Positions 1 to 10,137 of a stretch of DNA of 64,000 nt are shown here, one piece after another. The stretch is from Candidatus Obscuribacterales bacterium. Lineage in GTDB: Bacteria; Cyanobacteriota; Vampirovibrionia; Obscuribacterales; Obscuribacteraceae. The translations under genes and the position numbers were made by a program. Each line of letters opens with the position of its first letter. Within the stretch, counting starts at the first letter, position 1. The notes under the pieces are model-generated. The model worked only from the letters and a program-made list of their open reading frames with translations, was not told the origin of the DNA and did not search any database. Location: assembly GCA_965228855.1 (NCBI GenBank), contig CBDDIJ010000003.1:2368001-2432000 (forward strand), read 5' to 3'.

Positions 1-201
1 TTTAATTCTGCGCTCGAGGTTTTCACCCTGATACGTGAACGCCAGTTCGGCACCCTCGTCATAAAGCATCTTGGCGCAATGCCAGGCGAGACTGTGATCG
101 TTGGCGACGCCGAAAACAATTCCGCGTTTGCCCGCAAGAAGTCCGTCCTTTTTCTGGGTTCTCTTTTCCAAAACCTTGGTGTTTCCTTCCGGAGATGTCA
201 T
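1..201 (-). CDS. fabI: Enoyl-ACP reductase FabI, N-terminal part (runs off window)
   Basis: Not in ORF track. Manual translation from ATG 201: MTSPEGNTKVLEKRTQKKDGLLAGKRGIVFGVANDHSLAWHCAKMLYDEGAELAFTYQGENLERRIK, a typical FabI N-terminus (GVAN..SLAW, GAELAFTYQ). Confidence 0.9.
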   Translation of the reverse strand, partial: MTSPEGNTKVLEKRTQKKDGLLAGKRGIVFGVANDHSLAWHCAKMLYDEGAELAFTYQGENLERRIK

Positions 202-294
202 CAGCTCAAGCCCTCATCAATCGAGTATCGCCTACTGGACGGCTTCAAGTCCGTCCAGTTCGGGAAAAGCATATTTTATCGTGACTTTCGGATT

Positions 295-2037
295 TCAAAA
301 GTATTTTTTGACTGGTTGCTGCAACATCTTTGCTTCTACCAATACGACAGGCGGAAAACCTTCTTTCAGGAACGCGTCGTGAAATGCGCTGATGCTGTAC
401 TTCTCAGGGTCTTTGCTTTTCACTTCTTTACGAAGCGCAAGAATCTGCAGCTTGCCGTAAGTGTAAACAAGGTACGTCGGGTCTGATGTGCCACGTTTGG
501 TTTCTCGCTCAGCGTTGGCCTTTTCGGTCCAACCCTCTTCCATGAAGAATTTCACGCCTTCAGGAACGGTCATTCCCTTCGTATGCATGCGAATCCCTAC
601 TATATATCTACAAACGCGAAGCAAAGCGTCATGTATTTGAATCATACGCAACTTAGGATCACCGTTGTGGAAGCCCTCGTCCAGCATCATCTGTTCGCAG
701 TAGTGAGCCCAGCCTTCAGCGTTCGACATGCAACCGAACAATTTGCGCACCGCGCTTGGTGCATGGTTGACCCAGAGAAACTGCGTATAGTGCCCCGGAT
801 ATGCCTCATGGACACTGGTGTTTATAAGATCCCCATATGAGAAGCTGCGAAGGTGCTCTTCTGTCCGTTTTGCGTCCCAATCTTTTTCAGGCAAGGTGAC
901 ATAGAAGTATGCTTCCCGCGCTTTCTTTTCGTAAGGTCCGGGGGTGTCCATGGAAGCAAAGCTCAGTGCGCGATTGAACGCCGGTGTCTCGTCGACGCGT
1001 GCGCGCTCCTCGCTAGGAATTGAACAAATTGGCTTCTCAATACAGTAAGTCCGAATCTCCTCCAGCACCCCACGTGTAGCATCGAGAAGCTTGTCGGCAG
1101 TGGGGTGATCGCTCGATATGGACTCGAAGGCAACCGCTGGATCCACGTCAGGATTTATCTTCTTCCCGGCTTCGCGAAACTCGCTCTGCAATTTTCGAAG
1201 CTCGGTCATCCCCTCCTCAAGCACTGTGTCCAGTGGCTTTTCAATCAACTCGTCGCACAACAGTTTGCGACGGAAGTTTTCCTCGCCATATACAAACGTG
1301 CCTTTCGATTTGCCTTGAAGATTTACTTTGACGAACTTTTGATAATCTTCCAGAGCCGCTATAGCTTTCGCGTTGCTCGCTAAGAACTGCTGTTTGAGAG
1401 CGTTGTCGGATACCTTTTCAAACGCAAGCGGAAGTGATTCCTTGAAAAAACCGATCATGCCCGGCAGTTGTTCGAGCGCAATATCGTTATAGATTTCTGG
1501 CACCAGATTCGGATCGAGATTCTTCTTACCCTCAACGAGAACAGCCGGCAGTTTCTCTTCACGCGCGATCACGTGTTTCAAACGTTCTTCCAGCGGAGCA
1601 TAGTCACGCTGAATTATCGTAAATACTGTCCGGATCGCTATAGAACTGTATTTGTCAGGGTCCTTCTTCCAGAGTTCCATCTTCTCGTCTTCGAGAAGAC
1701 CGCTGTTCAAATGTCCTTGCAATAAATTCCAGTCGATTTTCGAATCGTTCGATAAACCGTCGAAGTCGATTTTGTTCAACCTGCTCAGAAATTCTTTTTT
1801 CTGAGCCACATCTTTTGAAACAGCGGCAGCCGATACATCCGGAACATCGTCGTCATATTTGTGAACGCCGGAGGACGTTGCAAAAAGCGGCGAGGTCTTG
1901 AAAAGGTAATCGATGTACTCATCGCCAAGCTTCACGAGGTCGGCGTCGGCAGAGGAAGCAGATATGGCCGGGCTCCAGAGGCTGGTGAGCAAAGCGCAGC
2001 TCAGAGCAACGGCAGTTTGGCGAAAGACATTTAGCAT
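295..2037 (-). CDS. DUF885 family secreted metalloprotein
   Basis: Signal peptide; HEAYPGH and EGWAHYCE motifs; Y..GKLQIL..R and FHD near the C-terminus. Confidence 0.85.
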   Translation of the reverse strand: MLNVFRQTAVALSCALLTSLWSPAISASSADADLVKLGDEYIDYLFKTSPLFATSSGVHKYDDDVPDVSAAAVSKDVAQKKEFLSRLNKIDFDGLSNDSKIDWNLLQGHLNSGLLEDEKMELWKKDPDKYSSIAIRTVFTIIQRDYAPLEERLKHVIAREEKLPAVLVEGKKNLDPNLVPEIYNDIALEQLPGMIGFFKESLPLAFEKVSDNALKQQFLASNAKAIAALEDYQKFVKVNLQGKSKGTFVYGEENFRRKLLCDELIEKPLDTVLEEGMTELRKLQSEFREAGKKINPDVDPAVAFESISSDHPTADKLLDATRGVLEEIRTYCIEKPICSIPSEERARVDETPAFNRALSFASMDTPGPYEKKAREAYFYVTLPEKDWDAKRTEEHLRSFSYGDLINTSVHEAYPGHYTQFLWVNHAPSAVRKLFGCMSNAEGWAHYCEQMMLDEGFHNGDPKLRMIQIHDALLRVCRYIVGIRMHTKGMTVPEGVKFFMEEGWTEKANAERETKRGTSDPTYLVYTYGKLQILALRKEVKSKDPEKYSISAFHDAFLKEGFPPVVLVEAKMLQQPVKKYF

Positions 2038-2354
2038 ATTTCTTCGCGGAATCGAGACTGAAAAGGTTCTCAGAAAGACGAATTCCGCACCTCCAAATAG
2101 AAAGAGATCCTAACTAATTCGAACTCAGAAACAGACTAACATCCATGACAACGCCGATTGTGCCCACCATTCAGGCTCATCCGCTCCGGAGTGCGCTACT
2201 TGAAATGTTGCAAAACCCGCCACAACGCTACGTAACATTAGGGGTTGTGACCTGATAATGCCTGTAAAATCTGTAAAAAAGGTATGGAGAGGTGGTATCA
2301 CACCGAACTCATACCGCGTCCGCACAATCCACGAGTAACCCAACAAAATAAATT

Positions 2355-3197
2355 ATGGCGTCTGGCTACAAAATTATCGTAATGGTGAAGCAGGTTCCCG
2401 ACACAGGCTCGAAAGCGGGCTTGAATCCGGATGGCACCATCGACAGAGCGCGCGCAAAGCGCATGCTGAACCCCTTTGACAAGTTCGCCCTTCAGGCGGC
2501 GCTGCATACCAAAAAGATGTATGGCGGCAGCGTCACGGCGATTTCCATGGGACCACCTCCCGCAGTTGAGATCTTGCTTGAGGCGCTTGAACACGGAGTC
2601 GACAGAGGCTTCCTCCTCTCCGACCGTCGCCTGGCAGCGTCTGACACGCTCGCAACGGCTTACGCGCTATACAAAACCATTCAATACGTCGGCGACTTCG
2701 ACATCATCTTCTGCGGACTGCAAACTACCGACGGAGACACGGCTCAGGTCGGACCGCAGCTGGCAGAGCGTCTCAACTTGCCGCAAGTCACTTACTGCGA
2801 GGACTTCTCAGTTCAAAACGGCGAAGTTCATGCTCGCAGAATTATCGAAGGCGGACACCAAACGGTTATCGCGAAACCGCCACTGTTAGTCACAATTGCT
2901 AACTCGTATCATCCGTTGGAATACAAATCGTTCCGCGGAGCATGGCGCGTTCAGCAGCTTCAACGCAAACAAGAAGAATTGGCTCAATATATCAAAACCG
3001 TCACTCTCGATGACGTCGGTGCCGATCCGGAACGTTGTGGTTTGAAGGGCAGCCCGACCATCGTTGCGAAAACCGAGAAAGTCGGCGAATTGGGCGGCAG
3101 TTGCTCGATACATGAAGGCAAAGCGGTTGATGAACTCGTTAAAGAAGTTATCACCGGATGCAACGTAAAAGAGTTTCTCGCAGCTGGAAAAAAATAA
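2355..3197 (+). CDS. etfB: Electron transfer flavoprotein beta subunit (FixA/EtfB)
   Basis: VKQVPDT, NPFD, SMGPP, DTLATA, DGDTAQVGP and GLKGSPT motifs. Confidence 0.93.
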   Translation: MASGYKIIVMVKQVPDTGSKAGLNPDGTIDRARAKRMLNPFDKFALQAALHTKKMYGGSVTAISMGPPPAVEILLEALEHGVDRGFLLSDRRLAASDTLATAYALYKTIQYVGDFDIIFCGLQTTDGDTAQVGPQLAERLNLPQVTYCEDFSVQNGEVHARRIIEGGHQTVIAKPPLLVTIANSYHPLEYKSFRGAWRVQQLQRKQEELAQYIKTVTLDDVGADPERCGLKGSPTIVAKTEKVGELGGSCSIHEGKAVDELVKEVITGCNVKEFLAAGKK

Positions 3198-3272
3198 GCG
3201 AAATCGGTTTTAAACAAAACTGAAAATCGCGATTGAAAAGCAACCCAAAAAAATCAGGCAGCACCGAAAAAA

Positions 3273-4412
3273 ATGGCAGAAGAACAAGAAAAGAAACAAC
3301 CTGAGAAACCAGAGTTGAAGGATATGTCGGCAATTTGCCCCATCGGCGAAGTGCTCGTCATCGCCGAACATATTCTCGGCGACCTGCAACCGGTAACACT
3401 CGAATTGCTCGGCGCCGGTCGAATCCTCGCAGACAAAATGGGGCAACCTTTGTTGTGCCTGGTGATGGGACATGACCTGGGCGACATGCCTCAGCGATTG
3501 CTCGATCACGGAGCGGACAGAGTCTATGTTGCCGATCATCCGGAGCTGAAAAACTACCGCACCCTTCCATACCGAAGAGTAGTTTGCGATTTCCTCGAGT
3601 CTCTTCCAAGCCAGCCGCACACCTGCCTCCTGGGCTCGACCACAACCGGTCGAGATCTGGCACCTCGTATCGCCGCGCACTTCGACACAGGTCTGACGGC
3701 GGACACTACGGAGCTGGATATCGGTCCGTACGAGCATACAAGCAAGGTTGACCCATCGAAGATTGGCTTATATCCAAACTGCCTGTACGCCATTCGTCCG
3801 AGTTTCGGCGAATCTTTGAAAGCGAGAATTCTCGGTCCGTGGAAAAACCCGCAGATGGCGACCACTAGACCTGGTGTCATGGTGCCACTGCCGCGCGAGT
3901 CGCGCAAAGGCGAAATCATCAACATCCCGGTCAATTTGCAAGAAACCGACCACCGTCTCACCGTCAAAGAAATAGTGCGCGAAGTGGCTAAGGGAGTAAA
4001 TCTTACCGAAGCCGATGTGATCGTAGCCGGTGGTTATGGTTTGGGAACACAAAACGGTTTCAACATGCTCCAAGAGCTGGCCGGTTGCTTTGAAAACTCG
4101 GCGGTTGGTGCATCGCGCAAAGTCGTCGACCTTGGTTGGATTCCTTATCAAAACCAGGTAGGACAAACCGGAAAAACGGTCCGTCCCAAACTCTACATTG
4201 CATGCGGCATTTCGGGCGCGATTCAACACCGGGTTGGAATGTCGAAGTCCAGTTTGATCATCGCCATCAATAAGGATCCGGATGCGCCGATTTTCAAGTT
4301 TGCTCACCACGGAATCGTTGGTGATTGCTATCAGATCATTCCCGAAATGATCAAACAGTTTAAACAAGCACAATCAACCTCGGGGGTTAAGGAAGTTGTC
4401 GGAACGCATTGA
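3273..4412 (+). CDS. etfA: Electron transfer flavoprotein alpha subunit (FixB/EtfA)
   Basis: GRDLAPR, GLTAD, RPSFG, QVGQTGKTVRPKLYIACGISGAIQH and INKD motifs. Confidence 0.95.
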   Translation: MAEEQEKKQPEKPELKDMSAICPIGEVLVIAEHILGDLQPVTLELLGAGRILADKMGQPLLCLVMGHDLGDMPQRLLDHGADRVYVADHPELKNYRTLPYRRVVCDFLESLPSQPHTCLLGSTTTGRDLAPRIAAHFDTGLTADTTELDIGPYEHTSKVDPSKIGLYPNCLYAIRPSFGESLKARILGPWKNPQMATTRPGVMVPLPRESRKGEIINIPVNLQETDHRLTVKEIVREVAKGVNLTEADVIVAGGYGLGTQNGFNMLQELAGCFENSAVGASRKVVDLGWIPYQNQVGQTGKTVRPKLYIACGISGAIQHRVGMSKSSLIIAINKDPDAPIFKFAHHGIVGDCYQIIPEMIKQFKQAQSTSGVKEVVGTH

Positions 4413-6111
4413 GTACGATTTGTTGCTGGTTGGTGGAAGCCCATCAAACCTGGCTCTCGCCTACCATTTCTTGCAAATGGCCAAAGACAGTGGCCGCGAT
4501 TTCACGATGGCTATCCTCGAGAAAGGCAAGGAATTCGGCGCGCACATCATGAGTGGTGCGGTTTCAAATCCACATGTGCTCAAGAAAATCTGGCCGAATT
4601 ACGAAGAGCTTGGTTTCCCAGTGGAAGCCGTTTGCAATGACAGCCAGATGTCGGTTCTCGGCCTCAGCAAGAAGTGGGATATTCCCTCGAAGTTCTATCC
4701 GAAGTCATTCGACAAACGCGGTTATTTAGTATTGACCTTGTCGCACGTCACCAACTGGATGGCGCACCAGGTTCAAGAGAAAGCGAAAGAAGTTCCAAAC
4801 GTAACCATCGACTTGTTCACCGGCTTCTCCGCTCATAAAGTGGCGTTTGAAAACGGCCGCGTCGTCGGCGTCGCCGTGACGGAAAACGCTCAATCGGAAG
4901 AAGACTACGTTTACTCAAAGTTCACCGCATTCGGTGACAAAGGTTTCATCTCCCGTGACGTGATCGACGAGTATAAACTGCGCGACAATCCGCAGCTCTG
5001 GTCGGTGGGCGTCAAAGAAGTCTGGGAATGCAAAGAAGACTATTCCGGCAAGGTGTGGCATACGCTCGGCTGGCCTCTTCTCGACGGCACCTTTGGTGGT
5101 GGCTTCGTCTACGGGATGAAGAACAACAAACTGACAATCGGTATGGTTATCAGTTTGAACAGCAAAGACCCGAACATGAATCCGCAGGAGAAGCTTCAAG
5201 AGTATAAGAAGCATCCCTGGATTCAGGAGATGATCAAAGAAGGCAAGCTCGTTAAATACGGCGCAGCTCTTCTTCCGGAAGGCGGCTATTACAGCTTGCC
5301 CAAGAAGTTCGCGGTACCTGGCGCGCTTCTGCTCGGCGACGCGCTCGGCGTCCTCGACGTGAAAAACCTTGCCGGTATCGACAGAGCTCTCGAGTGCGGA
5401 TACACCGCCGCCGAAGTGCTGTTCGACGCGCTCATGAAGGACGACACGTCCGAAGCAGCGCTGGCACCATATCAAAAACGACTCGAAGATAGCTTCGTAA
5501 TTAAGGAACTCTATCGCAACCGTTATTTCCGTCATGCCTTCATAGAGAATCCCAAACTTCTCGAAGAATATCTGCCGGATGTGGTTAAGAGTGTTGATAA
5601 GACCAATGCCTGGATTGGCGGTCTGAAGATATTCTTCAAGCATCCTTTTGGTGCCACCAAAGACGGTGTACGTTCACTCGGCTTAATCGAAGGTAAATTC
5701 GACATAGGTCCTATCACTTACGAGCACGATTACAAAGGCATCATTCCGACCTTTACTCCTCCGAAATACGATGAGCCTCCTTACGAGAAGTCTACAATCT
5801 ACTCAAGACCGGACGCTGTGTTTTACGCCTCGACCAAGTATCACGAAGGCAACAAACATATCGATGAATTCAACGCGAACGTCTGCGTAAAGTGCATCTC
5901 CAAGTATGATGGACTCGGCAAAGACACGCCTTGCGTGGCAGATTGCACCGCTGAAGTTCACCGCATCGACATCATCGAAGATGTGCGCAAACACGGGATG
6001 TCACTGGAAAACTGCGTACACTGCCGCACATGCGAAATCGTATGTCCGGAAGTCAACCTGCGCGTAAAACCAACGGAACAGGGTAGCGGACCTGACTTCA
6101 TCGGTCTTTAA
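4396..6111 (+). CDS. ETF:quinone oxidoreductase (FixC-like FAD domain fused to FixX-like ferredoxin domain)
   Basis: VGGSP..LA FAD fold, EKGKEFGAHIMSG, GGGFVY, LLGDALG; C-terminal CVKC...C...C...CVHCRTCEIVCP; overlaps etfA. Confidence 0.85.
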   Translation: MSERIEYDLLLVGGSPSNLALAYHFLQMAKDSGRDFTMAILEKGKEFGAHIMSGAVSNPHVLKKIWPNYEELGFPVEAVCNDSQMSVLGLSKKWDIPSKFYPKSFDKRGYLVLTLSHVTNWMAHQVQEKAKEVPNVTIDLFTGFSAHKVAFENGRVVGVAVTENAQSEEDYVYSKFTAFGDKGFISRDVIDEYKLRDNPQLWSVGVKEVWECKEDYSGKVWHTLGWPLLDGTFGGGFVYGMKNNKLTIGMVISLNSKDPNMNPQEKLQEYKKHPWIQEMIKEGKLVKYGAALLPEGGYYSLPKKFAVPGALLLGDALGVLDVKNLAGIDRALECGYTAAEVLFDALMKDDTSEAALAPYQKRLEDSFVIKELYRNRYFRHAFIENPKLLEEYLPDVVKSVDKTNAWIGGLKIFFKHPFGATKDGVRSLGLIEGKFDIGPITYEHDYKGIIPTFTPPKYDEPPYEKSTIYSRPDAVFYASTKYHEGNKHIDEFNANVCVKCISKYDGLGKDTPCVADCTAEVHRIDIIEDVRKHGMSLENCVHCRTCEIVCPEVNLRVKPTEQGSGPDFIGL

Positions 6112-6114
6112 TCC

Positions 6115-7230
6115 GTGACTCGAAGTCGGCGGCGCAGAGCGATCACGACTCCCAAAATAATACCGGGCACCTCGCCTGGAACACTGGTTGCCAATCCGAA
6201 GCGGGGGCAACCAGTTGTTAGTTTAATCGCCTACAGCGAAAGTAAAGTCACTGAAGAAGCCAGCATCGAATTGGAAAATATCAAGCCGTTCTTGAAAAAG
6301 AACAATGTGGTCTGGGTTAACGTTGATGGTTTGGGCGATGCGGAGACGATTCGTGAGATAGGCGAGATGTTCGGCATCCACCAACTAGCTTTAGAAGACG
6401 TGATGACCGGGCATCAGCGCGCGAAGCTCGAGCAGTACGGGGACAATTACTTCTTGATCGCGCATATGCTCGAACTGCGAGAGTTTTTATTAACCGAGCA
6501 AATTTGTACTTACATCGGTCATGGTTTCATCGTCACATTCCAGGACGGACCGATCGACTGTTTTGAAAAGGTGAGAGAGCGCATCCGCAAAAAGGCTGGA
6601 CGGATTCGGTCTTCCGGTGCGGACTATCTAGCTTACGCGCTTTTAGACTCGATAATCGATTGCTATTTTCCCGTCCTGGAAAAATACGGAGAGCGCTTAG
6701 AAGATATCGAAGACGAGATAATCGAACGTTGCGATCGTTCCACAATTTCCAAAGTCCACGAGGTAAAGCGAGATCTGCTCACGATGCGGCGCGCCATCTG
6801 GCCTCTGCGCGAAGCTATCAGCAGCTTGCTGCGCGACCCGTCTGATTTGTTCGCTCCGGAAACTCTAATATTTATGCGCGACTGCGCGGACCACACCGTT
6901 CAGATAAGCGATTTCATCGAGACATTCCGAGAACTGGGCGCCGACTTGATGGATGTTTACTTGTCAAACGTGAGCAACCGTCTGGGCGAAAATATGAAAT
7001 TACTTACTATCATTACAACCATCTGTGCGCCACCAACTGTAGTGGCAGCGATTTATGGCATGAACTTCAATCCGGATGTTTCAAAATGGAATATGCCCGA
7101 GCTCAACTGGGAGTTCGGTTATCCATTCGCATTGTGTCTCATGGTCGCCCTCACCATCCTGACAAGCTTTATTCTTTGGTCACAGGGGTGGAGAGTGAAC
7201 TCGGAAAACGTCCGGCGCCCGCCGCATTGA
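6115..7230 (+). CDS. corA: Magnesium/cobalt transporter CorA
   Basis: HQLALED, DYLAYALLD, YGMNF and MPEL motifs; two C-terminal TM segments. Confidence 0.93.
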   Translation: MTRSRRRRAITTPKIIPGTSPGTLVANPKRGQPVVSLIAYSESKVTEEASIELENIKPFLKKNNVVWVNVDGLGDAETIREIGEMFGIHQLALEDVMTGHQRAKLEQYGDNYFLIAHMLELREFLLTEQICTYIGHGFIVTFQDGPIDCFEKVRERIRKKAGRIRSSGADYLAYALLDSIIDCYFPVLEKYGERLEDIEDEIIERCDRSTISKVHEVKRDLLTMRRAIWPLREAISSLLRDPSDLFAPETLIFMRDCADHTVQISDFIETFRELGADLMDVYLSNVSNRLGENMKLLTIITTICAPPTVVAAIYGMNFNPDVSKWNMPELNWEFGYPFALCLMVALTILTSFILWSQGWRVNSENVRRPPH

Positions 7231-7314
7231 CTTCTGAAAGAAAACTCGAATGACACTGGTACGCGAACAGGCTAAACTTGTGTCGGAAACCAATTTCAGG
7301 CTCGCAAAATCCCA

Positions 7315-8034
7315 TTGAAATCGTGCGAAAAAAGATTATGCGATAGGCAGTTACATCGGATTGTCCTGGCTGCATTCCTTACCGCATCCCAGTTTCTTCT
7401 CTCCGCCTCAGAAGCAAAAGCCGCGGAACATGCCTTCCAGTGGTGGCAGCCGGTGTACACGGATTTCCCTATTTTAAAAACCAAGTTTCGCGGTTACATC
7501 GAGTCAAATCCGCGATTGAACGATGGTCTGGAAGGTCTGGACATCTATCTTTTACGCTCCGCCATCGGCTATAAATTCAAGAAAAACATGGAAGGCTATG
7601 TTGGATACGCGTACGTCAACGATTATATCCCGACACGAGTTCAGGAGAATCGGGTTTACCAGCAGTTTGGCTACGGACAAGTTTTGTTTAAAAGAATCCA
7701 GGTGTTGCATAGAATTCGAACGGAGCAGCGCTTCTTCAACGACCGCGAGGGTTGCGCCAGCAGGCTTCGCTACATGCTGAGGCTGGCGACGCCCATTCCG
7801 AATACGCGGTGGTATGTCGTTACATCCGACGAGCTTTTCATAAACACGAACAGCCTGAACGATGGACCGAATGCCGGAATTGATCAGAACAGGCTTTACG
7901 GCGCGCTAGGACGACAGGTCAACCGAAAACTGCGCCTGGAAGTCGGCTATCAACTGCAGTATACAAACCGCTCTGAACCAATCATAGATAAAGCTAACCA
8001 CCAGCTGATGACGCAGGCGTTCATCAGTTTATAA
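7315..8034 (+). CDS. DUF2490-like outer-membrane beta-barrel protein
   Basis: Signal peptide; ENRVYQQ, RTEQRF, RLRY, DELF, DQNRLY and LEVGYQ pattern. Confidence 0.75.
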   Translation: MKSCEKRLCDRQLHRIVLAAFLTASQFLLSASEAKAAEHAFQWWQPVYTDFPILKTKFRGYIESNPRLNDGLEGLDIYLLRSAIGYKFKKNMEGYVGYAYVNDYIPTRVQENRVYQQFGYGQVLFKRIQVLHRIRTEQRFFNDREGCASRLRYMLRLATPIPNTRWYVVTSDELFINTNSLNDGPNAGIDQNRLYGALGRQVNRKLRLEVGYQLQYTNRSEPIIDKANHQLMTQAFISL

Positions 8035-8063
8035 CTTGCATACGCGATCAGAGAAACGACGGT

Positions 8064-8699
8064 CTAACCTTTCGACTTTTTCTTCTTCTTCGAGACAGGC
8101 TCGTCATCAGCTTTGAGCGACTCCTTACTTGATTCAGCAGGAGCAGCTCCGACCTTGTTATTCACCTTCTGGAAGTCGATGATGAATTGATTGATCAAAT
8201 GATCGGCAGTTTCTTTAATTAGAGAGTGACTGCAAACCGCCTGATCGGTGTACGTGATCGTGCGCACAGAAATTTTGGGATCGCGCTCGAGCGAGCACCA
8301 CTGTGAAAGAGTCAGTTCAACAAGGGCAAAGCGCCCACCTGCACCGAGACACTTCACTTGAAGAACGCCATCGATTGGCTTGGTCACACCCGGCTCCAAA
8401 TCTTCGATGCGCTTCACGAGGATTGGCAGCTGTTTCAGTCTGTTATCAATTGCCTTATGCAGTTCCAATCCTTCCGGATAACTGCCGGCGACCCCATAAG
8501 CCAAGCCTCTAATGCCTTTCAACGACGGAAGGAAGAGTTCTTCGCGCATCGCAGTTCTGTGCGTGCGCATCTCTTCGATGCTCAACGGCTTTTTGTTTTC
8601 TTTGGAATCCGTATCTTCGGCGGAGACTGGCAGCGAGGAAATCAAGAGTGCTGACAGCGCAGCTGTGATAGCTAGAATTCCGGAACGGCGCGTTGGCAT
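8064..8699 (-). CDS. Hypothetical secreted protein
   Basis: ATG 8699 preceded by AGGAGA; signal peptide; Lys-rich tail. Confidence 0.7.
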   Translation of the reverse strand: MPTRRSGILAITAALSALLISSLPVSAEDTDSKENKKPLSIEEMRTHRTAMREELFLPSLKGIRGLAYGVAGSYPEGLELHKAIDNRLKQLPILVKRIEDLEPGVTKPIDGVLQVKCLGAGGRFALVELTLSQWCSLERDPKISVRTITYTDQAVCSHSLIKETADHLINQFIIDFQKVNNKVGAAPAESSKESLKADDEPVSKKKKKSKG

Positions 8700-8754
8700 A
8701 ACTATTCTCCTTAAACCGAGTTTTGCATAGGATAGCAAATCTTAGCCGCGGCTT

Positions 8755-10137
8755 CTAACGCGAGAGCATATTTAAGCTGTTCATGAGTTGGCCGAAACCT
8801 TCCATATGCGAATTTCCGCCGCCGCCGGCACCGTTCAAATACTGCCTGACCGCAGGATTGTTGGCGTACTGCTGCATGGATTGGGAGTAGTTGCTAGCGC
8901 CACCTGTTGCAGCGCCCAGGCTGTTGAGAATGCTTGACAGACCTTCCATGCCACCGCTGCCGCCCGCACCAGCCTGTTGAAGGATCTGAGTCATATTGCC
9001 CATGCCGGTGGGCACGGGGCTTGTGTTCATGACCTGACCACGATTGACGTTGCCATACATAATCAGTTTGCGAAGAAATTTACCGGACGCGTCGTAGTCA
9101 ACAGATGCAGCGAGCACATACATTTGCGATGGAGACTGGCGTGTGAAACGCAGAACGCTCTCGGTATAACCGCTCTCACTGCGACCGCTCGATTGAACCG
9201 ACGCATTCCGAGTGACTATCTGCTCCTCGACAACATTAGCGGCGAGCTGCCGAATTTCATTCTTGACGACGCGCTGGTCGATTTGATTACCGGAAACGCC
9301 TACTTCCATGCTCCCGCTTGTCGAAACCGTTCCAAAGTGCAAAATCACCGGTACTTTCATGTTCGCCATCATCTGCGATACCATGCCGCCCATTCCGCCG
9401 GCACCGCCCTGCATCATTTTCTGGTAAGAAAACGATTGGCTCGCAGGAATCATGATGCGTACCTGAGCCGGCTCCAGGTCGATCTTGCCCATCGCATGTT
9501 GAAAGGTGAAATTGACATCGCCGGCGGTGCCGGGAGCGAGAATTTCTCTGAGTTTGTTGGACTCGTTGGCATCCTCTTCATACGACAGCGGCGAGACGCT
9601 GTACCGCCAGACCCGAATGGTACCGCCCCAGGTGCCGGAAAAATCCATAGGAAACGAAGTGGCAACCGAGCCGCTGAAGCGCGATTCGGAAGTGGACGCC
9701 TTGAGCGGCTCGCGACGCGAAACATCGAGTGATGCTTTTTGCATTTGCAGGCTGGGCATCTGAACACTTGCTTCACTGGCGATTTGATCGATTCGACCGT
9801 ACAAAGTTATAGGCTTCGACTTAGGGGAGACCGATGAACGCTTTGCAGAACCAGCAGGTTTTAGCGAGTCCTCGACAGCCGATTCAGATTGCAACCCGGC
9901 ACCGGCGCCAGCATTCTGCTCCGGGGCTTCACTTCTCACAGGCGCAACCGGCTTAGCAGCAGGTCCATCCTCGGACGGCCAGCTCATATCTTCAGCCAGG
10001 ACAGGAGTAACAGCAACGCTCGTCAAGATACACAGCGAAAGCAGCAGCGAGTTGAACCGATTCACGTCGTTTAATCTCATAACCTTCCCGACTCTGTCCT
10101 GCCAAAGATTTGCCCATTTCGACCAATGTTCCAACAT
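8755..10137 (-). CDS. Hypothetical secreted protein with Gly/Met-rich segments
   Basis: 460-aa ORF; signal peptide ending VLA; true start probably downstream (near MRLNDV). Confidence 0.7.
   Translation of the reverse strand: MLEHWSKWANLWQDRVGKVMRLNDVNRFNSLLLSLCILTSVAVTPVLAEDMSWPSEDGPAAKPVAPVRSEAPEQNAGAGAGLQSESAVEDSLKPAGSAKRSSVSPKSKPITLYGRIDQIASEASVQMPSLQMQKASLDVSRREPLKASTSESRFSGSVATSFPMDFSGTWGGTIRVWRYSVSPLSYEEDANESNKLREILAPGTAGDVNFTFQHAMGKIDLEPAQVRIMIPASQSFSYQKMMQGGAGGMGGMVSQMMANMKVPVILHFGTVSTSGSMEVGVSGNQIDQRVVKNEIRQLAANVVEEQIVTRNASVQSSGRSESGYTESVLRFTRQSPSQMYVLAASVDYDASGKFLRKLIMYGNVNRGQVMNTSPVPTGMGNMTQILQQAGAGGSGGMEGLSSILNSLGAATGGASNYSQSMQQYANNPAVRQYLNGAGGGGNSHMEGFGQLMNSLNMLSR

Noticed and set aside
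2221..2315. Two hairpins upstream of etfB as a riboswitch
   Set aside because: CACAAC/GTTGTG and GGTAT/ATACC stems exist, but I see no FMN or other known aptamer consensus.
3768..5643. Long antisense ORFs (3768-4373, 4915-5643; likewise 8977-9732, 19489-20208, 30277-31029, 43447-44007)
   Set aside because: Shadow frames opposite well-supported genes, with no recognisable motifs.
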